Assembly: GCF_037042905.1 (NCBI RefSeq)
Contig: NC_087245.1
Coordinates: forward strand, 17,796,001 to 17,860,000
Source: Lytechinus pictus
Lineage: Eukaryota
Reading direction: 5' to 3'
Length of the DNA stretch: 64,000 nt
The position numbers and the translations under genes are program-made. Positions 27,601 through 39,600 of this stretch are shown piece by piece. The notes under the pieces are model-generated. The model saw only the letters and a list, made by a program, of their open reading frames with translations, did not search any database and was not told the DNA's origin. The number at the start of each line of letters is the position of its first letter. The first letter of the stretch is position 1.

Positions 27601-30600
27601 TATAAACTTTAAGAGGCTCATTGATTTTACTATTTCAGGATGACTCATACTAATTTTTTTTATTATTATTTAACGAAAAATATAAACATTGAAATTTCAT
27701 GATTACAATATGAAAGAAAAAACAATTTGCATGTATCTATCCACCCTCTCATTCCATAGAAGACTATTTGATAGTAATAGGCCTTTATACGTTCCATAGT
27801 GTTATTCTGTTTTCCCCAAAAAACGTAAGTCTTGAAAATTTGTGATTTGCTAATTATAGATATGAATTCAACTATATTATAAATATAATTCATCAATGTG
27901 TTTGAACAACTTAGACTTGGGCTGCAGTTTGTTGTCTCGCCTGCATAGCAGAGCGAGTAAATCTACTGCCTGATTTTCAGGTCACATGACCAAGGTCAAA
28001 GGTCATTTAGGGTCAACAAACTTTTGCCATGTTGGGAGTATTAATGGAATTGTCATAACTTAAAACATTTTATGGATCTAGTTCATGAAACTTGGACAGT
28101 GCTTGGACATAAGAGCAATCAGGTATCCCTGAACATCCTGTGCGAGTTTCAGGTCGCATGACCAAGGTCAAACGTCATTTAGGGTCAACAAACTTTGGTA
28201 ATGTTGGGGGAATTTGTTGAATTGGCATCATTAACTAGATCTATAAACTTAGAAAGTTTATAGATCAAGTTCATGAAACATAGACATTTAAGGGTAATCA
28301 AGTATGAATGATTATTTTGCAAAAGTCTTGAGGCACATGATCAAGATCAAAGGTAATTTTGGGTCAATTGACATAGTATTCTATTATCATATGATTGTTT
28401 TCTACTGTGAATAATTTACTTGATTTCAAAGTCAGCACTGCTGCTATATAGTCAGACGGCAGGTCCCAAGAAAGTGGCTTCTTTCATCCAAGTGATATTC
28501 ATGACTTGAGATGTTTTGCATATTTAATGAGCTTGATGCGGACCAAAACACCTCTTTTCATTCGGTCATTGCTGCTCTAACTGTGCATCGAATTTCATGA
28601 ATTTGGTATCATTGTAAAGAAGAAGAATCATTCTTTCAGGTCATGTGTTTGAATTTATTCAAAGATTTTGTTATATAGGTTAAAATTTTGATCTAAAATA
28701 TGCTACAAAATAATTATTTTCACCTGACAAAAGCTGCTATTTTCACACGTTATTTTTGTTTGAGCCCAAATGATTTTTAGATCATGATAAAGCTGAATAT
28801 GTATGCTTTAAAATGATATAGGTTTCAAAATAAGAATTGGCTTAATCGGGTCAAGAATACTGCATTCTGATTGGTCAAAGGGACCATACACTGGCAAATT
28901 CCAACGGTTCCAGTGCCTGGGTTCGTGGGAAGGTCACACTTCCCATGTGGTAATCTCCTCAAATACCCCGCGCCTGTTGTTCTGTGAACCTTATCCAGCC
29001 AATCAGAACTCTGGTTTTCATGCAAGTACAAAATTTCAGAAATCTCGTCTTGTACCTTGGCGGGAAAAGTGTGATCTTGACCCGATTAAAAGGTGCCGCA
29101 TATCAAGAGTGGCATTGTGAGAAAGTACAGAAGTTCAGCTTTATGGTGATATAGATATCATTGAGGCTCAAAATAAAAAGTTTTGCACAATTTGCAAAAG
29201 AAAACAGAGGAAGAAAATTCAGTTTTGAGAGACATTTTCAGGCCAGAAATTTACTTATTTAACAAAATATTGTAAACAAAATAAATGACCAATATGAAAG
29301 AGTAACCTTTACTCTTTCTGATGGTGCAATAATACTTCATTTAACTTGAGGTTAAAACAGGTAAATTCTTAGAGAAAGAAAATCTCACGAATCACGAGAT
29401 TTTGCAAGGAGGAGGATTCAGCCACGAGATGATTTGGATGAATCTGGCCTTTTTGCTCATTAGCATAGGGACCTGCGGTCTGACTGTATATCAAATCGCG
29501 TAATGCAGGCGAGACTGCGAGAGGCATACCACTTGTTTTTTAAGTTATCCAAATAATACCACCATTACATTTACTTTCAAATCTTAGTCACCAACCAGTA
29601 CCTCTGAATAAATCCATTCCACTTCTCAGCTAAGGAGAATTAAAGAAACTATTCAAGCTTGCATGCCTGCAACTTAGGCTGCGTTTATCCGACCTCAAGC
29701 CAGAATCGTGATTTGAATCATGATTGGAATCATGATTCAAATCACAAACATGAATCACAATTACTACAGAATCAGGGTTTAGACGACCTTCGTTCCAACG
29801 CTGTTTCTCCTCGGATTCGGACCGATCCAGTGCGCATCACAGTGCGCAGTTTGACCCAGGAAGTATAGGTCAACGTTGGACACTTAATTGGAGGTCGGCG
29901 ACGTACATGTGATGTGACAACGTGGGGCGCGCGCCTTGGCAAGAACCGGAAATAGCTCGACACAATGACGTCATATAATCATGATTCAAATCACGATATC
30001 GTTTATCCGAACATTTTCGTACGTGATTCTGCAGAAACGTCTTTCCAAACGCCCTTTTTTTCGTAGTTCATGTTTGTGATTCTAATCATGATTATATTCA
30101 ATTTCGACTAAACGCAATCGTGATTCTGCAGAATCGTGATTTGAATCATGATTGGAATCATGATTATAGGGTAAAAAAGTGGCGGATAAACGCACCCTAA
30201 GTCCAAACAGTCATTTCCGATGTTATGTAACTCTCTCTTTCCTCTTCTCCAACTAAGGTAAAGGTCATTGATTTTTTTTTACATTTTTAAATTTTTCAAT
30301 GTTTTGTTGGGTGAATTGGGCAAATTTCTGGTCTTTAATGTGGTCAGTGATTTTATTGTAAATCGTTGTCTATCTGTCAAAGTGGTATCAAGAATTAAAA
30401 ACCAAATGAAATCAATGATTGTGATGATGATTATTATTGTATTATACAGTAATGATGATACTGACAGAATGCTGATGATAATATTAATTGAATTTCAATA
30501 GAAGAAATGATAGTCCATTACAATTCAAGCTATTCCCTTATTTCACATTTTGGAGTATCAGATTTGGGGGTTTGGTGTTTTTTACTTAAAATAATGTTTT

Positions 30601-33600
30601 TAAAAAATGTGCTGGTGAGAAGATGTTGGCCCTTTCTTGATGATTGAGAAAATAATGCCCTTTTTATTCCTCCACTCACTGTATGTGGTTGCCGGAAGTA
30701 TTATATTTTCAGGAATTGTACTTGCCATAACTAAAGAACTACCTGACAGATGAGATTCAAAGTTGGTCCAAGTATGCATACATGTATATGGGAAAGACAA
30801 TAAAATTTGGTAGTTTTGGCCTTTTGGGGTATCAAGGTCAATAGCCAAAGGTCAAAGGTCTTAGCATCCTTTTATACCCCTAAATATCTTGTTCTCATGA
30901 TAAGTATAGGAACTGCTCAAGGTTACAACTTTGAGAGAGACTTTAAAATGTCATTAACTTTCCCACCTTACATCCCATTTTGATAAAATCCCAAGTGCCG
31001 TGCTTGTTGGACCCCTCTCTCCCAAAAAAATGCACCCTAAATGGCGTAGTGACATTAAGTAAATTTGCAACCCTAAATGGCGTAACCCATGAGAAAAGCC
31101 ACCCTAAGTGGCATGAACAGGGAAATCCCCTAATTTGATACCCTAAGTGGCGTAAACATCGTAATCGATGTTATACCTGTGGGCATTTGGGTAACGCGTG
31201 CTGCCTAGTAAAGAACCCAGTGTAAGAGACTAATAGGACTGTACGGGGGTAAATCAAGTGCTGCACTGGGCGCGCCGGCGTGTGCGAGGATTATTTTGTA
31301 TCCCTTAAAATCGCCCTTCAGGTATGTTCATGGCTTAGGTCTGCTCCCGGGTCTCCTCAAATTTGCCCAAATTTGCACCCCTAAATGGCGTAATATTCAT
31401 AACCAAATTAGCAACCCTAAATGGCGTGAAGAGAGAAAGAAAAGGCTCCCCTTAAAGGTCCTATGAAATACAGCAAAGATGCTGATTTATTTGTTAGCTT
31501 ACATGTAGTGGTTACTAATTACGATTCCATCAAAATTTTACCCGAAAAACATCCCACATCAGGTTCAAAGGCAGTTTTATATTGAAAATTGAGCCAAATT
31601 CGCCACGCCCACAAAAAAAATCAGCCCGATTTGGTTTCGTATATCACGTGACAATTATGACGTCAGGGGAAGAATCTGCTGAGTGTTGCTGACGTTTGGA
31701 GCGTGAAGTGCCTATTGTGGTTGCACGTGTGGATTCAAAGTAAATAAATTGAATTGCTGGAATAATATTCAGAACCTGAATCTTCAAAGTCTGAAGAATC
31801 AGACGCAGCTGATGACGATGCTGCAGCCATGATCAAAACCTCATTAAAATCTTTAAAATCTGTTAAGGATGGGCTCGGTCAAAACAGCAACTACATGAGA
31901 AACATGTGCAATAACTAGGGGTCCGGCTGCACAGCTGAGAAAGCTTTCTTTCGATGACGTCACGATGATTGACAGGTCGATCGGCCGACTTTTTCGAAAA
32001 TTTTAGTGGGCATTCCCGTTGAAGTTCATTTCCATGGAATAACTCAACACCGGTTCATCGTACACAGAAACTGATGGCAAATTCATATTTTTCAAGTAAA
32101 ACTACTATACCCAAGAATAGATATATATCCAAAATAAGATGGTTTTTGTGTCATAGGACCTTTAAAGGCGATTTACCAGCGAATGGTGCTCAAATGCAAC
32201 CCTTTTTGCCAAAGACGTCGACACCACCCGAGTGCCTGAAATGGGACCCTTTTCACCGCTTTTTCTGGACGCGGGTGCGTAACAGGCCATGTGGAGAGTG
32301 ACCCCCCCCCCCCCCCGGGAAATATCTCGTTAGTTAGCTAGCTGTAACCATGGACCTACTACTCTGACTGAAGAGCTGTGTCAGGATCAGCTTCAAACTA
32401 GGTTTATGCATTATAAGTCCATGGTTTATGCATTGGCTGATGAGATTTTGGGGGTCACAAGGTCAAAGGTCGCAGACATGGGTAAAAAACGCAACAAAAA
32501 AAGAAAAGAGCCCCCCCCCAAATCACGTTTATGTAAAACGCGAAAAGGGTAGGCTCCAATGGAATTTGCACCAACTGCATGACCTATTCATTGTAACAGG
32601 GCCAATTACCTTAAAGAGAAATGCCAGTAGTTGCAGTAAACACCGATTTCATGAGAAAGTCTGTAAAACCAGGCTTAATTGTCAGTATATCATCGAGGAT
32701 CTAGATCTGGTGCAGTTACATAAACTGAACTTTGTGAAATCTTGAAATCTACGCTGAAAAATGTTCACACTGAGGATCACCAACACAGATAGGCACACGT
32801 GGGACAGTGTATTATTATTACTGGAATAAAGACCCGACGGAAGTGACCGAATCCACGCTTATTTTGCTTATTTCTCAGCAATTACACAATTTCTTCCAGA
32901 ATCCTTTGGCACATATTTTTTATTCATACAAACAGACACTTGGGTGGTCATTATATTAGATTCTGTAAAAAGTCATTTTGAGATCGTTACCAAAACTGGA
33001 ATTTATCTTTAAGCTTACAAAGAACAGAAATTGTACGCCACTTCGATAAAAAGCCCAATAAAAAAAATCACGTTTAGAAGTGGAATCCCTAACCCTGCAT
33101 CTCATACCCAACTCAAATGCCCAATACTATTTTATTTATTCACAGCACATCCATTCACAGGAACAACCTGGTCTAGGGTATGTAGGCCTACAAATAATTA
33201 ATGAAATCCCTGTTAAAGCTGTTCAAATATGGGACATCTGCTTAAAATTTGGGATGTCCTTACTAACAGCCTGCGCAGGAATCCTTGTTTAGGGTGCTTT
33301 TTTCAAGACGCTTCTCGTGGAGCGTTGTGGCCCAGTGGATTAGTCTCCGGACTTTGAAACAGAGGGTCGTGGGTTCAAATCCCAGCCATGGCGTAGTTTC
33401 CTTCAGCAAGAAATTTATCCACATTGTGCTGCACTCAAGCCAGGTGAGGTGATTGGGTACCTGGCAGGAATTTATTCCTTGAAATGCCACAGCGCTGTAA
33501 AAGGCTGCGGGGCTAAAGCCAGGGTAATAATATCCAAGTCCTTTGGAAGCGCATAGAGACCCGGGGGGGGGGGGGCACTTACGTTGACGAGTGGATACCA

Positions 33601-36600
33601 TGCGCGACCAAAAAAACACGTAAAAAGGATGTCTTTTTCAAGATAGGGCACGTTACGTATGTAACGTGATAAGGGTGTCTAAAACACAAAAATAATGAAA
33701 AAAGGGTATCTATTTCGCTAGGAAAGCTACGTGTTAAGGGTCAAATTTGCGGAGATGATAAAACAAAATTAAAATGTTTTAAAAAGGATGTCCTTTTTGC
33801 CCCAACACTACGTGTTTAGGGTTCGATTTGCGCGAGGTGTGGAAGGTGGGGCCGTACTCAACCAAATGGTGTGTAAAGGTAAAACCGACGACCGACGGAC
33901 CCGTGACATAACAATAAAAAATCGCTGTACTTGTTTAGGGGTTCATTTCAGGGAATATACTTGCTAAGAGTATCGTTTTGTTTCCAATACTTGTTAAGGG
34001 TAGGGTTTCAGACGCCAATACTTGTTAAGGGGTGCATTTTCAGAATATGGAAAATACGTGTTTAGGGTGCTTTTCGAGACCCCATGGTCGCGCATGGTAT
34101 CCACTCGTTAATGGAAGTGGCCCCCCCGGGATAGAGAAGTTATTTATAATGTGTACTGTTATGCGCTATACAAGAACTGACTATTATTATTATTATGGAT
34201 GCTGTCCACACTTCTCTGAAAATGCTATGAAAGTGCTTCAAGCTTATATACATGCATTAATTCCATCCTCCATCTTTTATTCTTGTCTTCCAAATATACG
34301 TATTTCATTGGTAAAATGGTACTGATATCTATAGGCTGGATACTAGTCAAACAAAAGGTCTGGAATTGGCCTGAACTGTGTTCTCATCATATCCTGATAG
34401 ATTCTTTCCTTTGATATGGAATTGGGTCAGTTGTTATGTAATTATTTTTTCATGATAGCCTGGTACTTGCAGTGAATATTGTTCCAGTTCTGGAATAAGA
34501 GAATGTTTTAATTTGAAATCAGAGGGCATAATGGTTCCTCCATGGATTGACACATGTTCAGTATCTGCCAACTTCCACCTTGAACTTCCTCATTCGTTTA
34601 AAGGGGAAGCATTTGATTCCAATTTAGTAATCCTGTGAAAGCAGGAAAAATCAGAAATACAATGGTTATTAAAGTTTACAAGAAATCATACAAGAATTTC
34701 TTTTTCACAGATTTGATTTAAACAAAAAGACCCCTGCTCGATGAGAAAAAATCCAAACACCCCTTGTCTAACATCATGCAATCAAGTTCTTCATAGGCAT
34801 ATATAATTTTTTTTTAGGATGTAGGTGCATAAGATTTGGTAACAAATTTTTTAAAACATATATTAAACTAATAAGAAAATAGTCCCTGAATCAAACTCTA
34901 ATCAAACCTTAGAAATGCTCCTTTTCAGAGAACAGTTTGGAATTCCTACGTACTTGGAATTTACAAAATTTACAAAATTTACAAAATGCATTCTGCTGCC
35001 GTGCTGCATGTAATTACCTGGTACCATCTTGGACCCTACTACAAATGGTATCATATCATTACCCCAGCTGGAGCTGAGCCACCATTATACTGTTGGAGCT
35101 AAATCCTAGCGGGTACTCATTCAACTCACCTGGGTCGAGTGCAGCCAGTTTGGATAAATTTCTTGCTGAAGGTGGTTTCAAGCACCTGAAGTAGGATTCA
35201 AACCCACAACCATCTGATCAACACACTATGACACTTCCACATCCCTAAACCCCAGATTTTGACTGTTGTTATTTTGAATAGGCAAACTAGTCAGTTTTGA
35301 CTATTGTTGCCTTGTTAATTTGCTTTCCTTTTTTTCCAAAAACATAATAATTTCTTTGTTGAATCTATATCAGTTAGAAAAGTAAAGGAAAGAGAGGAAA
35401 GAGAAGATCTTACGAAATCGTGCAAGACCACCACTCCTGCCCTGTTCTGCACGTTATCCTGACAAGCCCGCTCGAGGTGCATTTCGAGGGCGTCTGAAAT
35501 GCAACTTCATTTGTATTATATTGACTGGCCTTGAGGGGAACATCAAATATGTCACCCGCAACAGAATCATATTTGCCCGAATCTTTAGACGAGGGCAATA
35601 TGGTTCTTTTAAGGGCGACATATTTGATGTTTCCCGAAAGAAGAGCAATATTATTATTATTACCTACATGTAAGGCTGTACAATGTGTAATTCAAGCTAC
35701 TATTTGGAACAATTTATATGCCTGTATGCTTATCACTACTTCTGATTTCATGTTACTTACGACCTTAGCGAAGTAATCCTTAATAAGCAATTGTGCCGTA
35801 ATTGTTACCTTGCAGTCGCGCATCATGCATGACGCGCACATACACTCCATGCGTAGAAATCTTACGCTTGGTTACGTTTGTGTATGCACTGGCCGCGCCG
35901 CGCATGCGTTGGTTCATAAACTGGTTCCAGCCAGATTTCTGAAATGCTGAAATTAGCGATCGAAATCGGCTCCTACTGCACAAGTGCACTAGCAGAAATA
36001 TGGCCAATATTGCCCTCTATTTTGTACAGGATTTCTATGGGCTAAGCCCGGGGAGGGCAACATGGCAAATGTTTACCTCGTTGGTCTCGGATTTAAAGTA
36101 GCGAGCGAAATATGACTTATTTATCTTCTAAAATGCCTTGTATAGGTAATAATGATGAATATCCACACTCTATCCATGTATTTTTATTGAATAAAGTTAA
36201 TGAGTAGTTTTCCTGTTTTGTATTGTCTTTTATCATAGAGTCACCATACATACCAAGCTACATGGATCTTAGCAATGGCCCAGAGCCATGTGTCGTATGT
36301 GGAGATGCTGCTACAGGATATCATTACAGGTGTATGACCTGTGAAGGATGTAAGGTGGGTTCTTTATACAGCTAGTTCAATTCAATATACATTTATTACA
36401 TTCTTGGTTTTAATAGATATGGAAGATGAAACATACTAAGTTATCTACCAGTGTCACTCTGCAAAGGTAAAAATGAAATTGGGAACTGCATATAATAAGG
36501 CCCAGAGGGCATATAGTAGGGCAGATCCCACAACATTCATAGCATAAAAGATTACAAACAAACAAAACAACTTATTGTGACCCGGGGGGGGGGGGGGGGG

Positions 36601-39600
36601 CACTTACATTGACGAGTGGATACCATGTGCGACCAAAAAACACGTAAAAAGGATGTCTTTTTTCAAGATATGGCACGTTATATGTACATAACGTAATAAG
36701 GGTGTCAAAAACACTAAAATATTGAAAAAAGGGTATCTATTTCGCTAGAAAAGCTACGTGTTTAGGGTCAAATTTGCGAGGGTCTAAAAAATTAAGACTA
36801 AAATGTTTTATAAAGGATGTATATACTTTTTGCCCCAAGAGTCAACACTACGTGTTTAGAGTACGATTTGCGCGAGGTGTGGGAGGTGGGGTTGTATTTA
36901 ATCCAATGATGTAGGTAAAGGTAAAACCGACGACCAACGTCCGTGACAATAAAAATATCGCTTTACTTGTTTAGGGTTTTAATTCAGGGAGTACTTGCCA
37001 AGAGTATCGTTTTGTTTCCAATACTTGTTTAATAAGGGTAGGGTTTCACACGCCAATACTTGTTAAGGGGTGCATTTTCAGAATATGGAAAACATGTGTT
37101 TAGGGTGCTTTTCGAGACCCCATGGTCGCACATGGTATCCACTCGTCAATGGAAGTGGCCCCCCCCCTCCCCCTATTATTAAAGATGACTTTAATAATAG
37201 AGAAACTGCTCCAGCTTAATTTTTGTTTAAACAAAATTATCCGACTTGCTATCAGTTACATCTTTACAGCTAGATGAAATAAGAGTCTGAACTCTGTCAT
37301 ATCCCCTCAGACAACAAACACACAGACAAAAAATAGTACCATTAAATAGAAAGAAATAAGTGAAATGAGGTGAAATGAAGAAAAAGAAAGAAATTAAATT
37401 AAAATTCCACTAACTAGAGTGTCATTCCCAGGACCCTTTTTTCTTTAATTCAATGCATGAATTACTTTTATATGAATATATAACTTCAATTAAGTTTATA
37501 TTCATGTTAAAGAAGATAAAAACCTTCATATTATTATAATAACTATTAAAAGAGTTAAATAGGTCTTAATATTGTCTAGTTTATATTATAATTTCTTTAT
37601 CCAGAACAATTTTAGGGAAGAAATCACCTCTTTGTATTTTTACCTAGAGCTGCTACCATTACACAAAGTTGTTAGGTTATTATATCCAGTGTTGTGTTTT
37701 TGTGAAAATAGGGTATGTTATTGGAGACTACACATGAACAGCGAAGATCTAATGAAGATCTTGATGTATTAGGTCTTAACAGAATAATCATTTCTTTCTG
37801 AATGTTGTACTAGGTTTTTGGTTCTGATCTTTGTACTATATTGGCCTAGGTGTTGAGAATAATGGACCATTAAAATGAGATGAAAATTATCAATGTGTCT
37901 AATTATTAGAGTAGAAACTTAGATTCATATTTAAAAAGGGGACAAACAGGAACAGTTATGTGAACTTTCAACTCTCAGAATAAGCCACATACTAGTACAT
38001 GCAAGCTAAATTCCATGAACACGGATTAATTGAAATCTATCAATTACAAACATGTATTTGAACATATAGTTGTGTATAAATTCTTCATGAAGTGATTATT
38101 TTTGTTACAATAAAGATTGCAAAGGTAAAGACTTGAGTTTTTCTACTTGCATGGATGGTATGCATACAAGCATATTTCCTTATTTAATTAATTAGCATTT
38201 GACTTGCGAAGTGTTTCATTTTCTTACATTACTCATTTTCAATCAAGATGAAGAAAATTTTTCTTTTACCCCTTCTTGATGCAGGGATTCTTTCGAAGGA
38301 CGATTCAGAAGAAGTTGAGTTATTACTGTAAATGGAATGAAGAATGTATCATAGACAAAACAACAAGAAATCAATGTCAGCAATGTCGTTATAAGAAGTG
38401 TCTCACTGTTGGCATGGCACCAGATTGTAAGTTTTCATCACTTTATTTTTTTATTGATTTTTCAACACTTACATTGACGTGCTTTCTATTAATCTGCCAT
38501 TTTGGCGGGCTTCAGTTTAACCTTTGAGCTTTTCTGAAGTGCATGTTATCCTGCAATAATTAGTGACTTAGATTTTTTCTCTGTTCTGTCTCAACACAGT
38601 ACAGTGTATAAAATCAATGCATACCAACTCTCAAGGGCATTCCTTGCTTTGAGACAAGTCTGAGAGAATTCATACAAGGAGTGGATATATGAGGTCTGGA
38701 TAATATAACTGTGTTTTCATGTCTTAACGCTTTTACAAAATCAGTTTGTTTTCATCTGAAATTTTCCATAAGATACCGGTATCATATACCAATCCATGGC
38801 ATCTGAATATTTTGTGATCGTATCATTATACTGTACAGTTAATAATACGTTGTATGACATGTGCATCCAAAAGCAGGAAAAGATTTTACTCCTATAGAAT
38901 TTCATGGACCTCATGAGGTTGAAATGAATTAATTTGATAATTAAGGACATTGATGTGTAATCCCTCTTTTCAGTTCTCTTGGCCACAAGGTTTGAAAGGA
39001 ATTTTCTTGCGGAGTTTCTGCTTTTCATTCATTGAAAAAGTATGGAATATTTATTGCGCATGCTGGCTCAACACTGAGTCTTTGATATTTTACTTGCGTG
39101 TCTTGGTTAATAGAGGCTTCTGCTAATTTGAAGGTAAAATGTCTCATCCCCATGTTTATAAGAAATAAAATCAGAATTGTTTCCCTCTGTGATTTTATTT
39201 TAGTCTGTCCTGTTACCTTGTCATTCTCCCCACAATGTTTGATGCACCTATAATTCTGACCTTCAGGCCAGGCAAAGATCTTTTCTCTGGCTTCAGTGGT
39301 CAACATATCAGCCAAATTCATCCTTTTTTAAGGAAGTGTTTCTTTATCTGTCTGGGTGACATAAAGGTCTTTTATTTCTATTGAGACAATTATAGACCCT
39401 TAAGTGAGGTCAAGAAAACAGCAAATAGACTTGATTACAAAGGGAAGGGGCAAGGAGGGTCGTTGGGGATGTTTGGAAGTGTTTATGCTCATGTGTTGTG
39501 CAGAATTGCTTTCAATGATGGGATTATTAGACCATTCAAATATATTGATTCATGAGGTCACATTACTCAAAGCGCCTGGCATTAGCCTTTGTTGAATTTG

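Noticed and set aside
33318..33395. Possible tRNA gene
   Set aside because: A and B boxes are present, but the acceptor and anticodon stems do not pair well and the sequence continues into a SINE body and tail.
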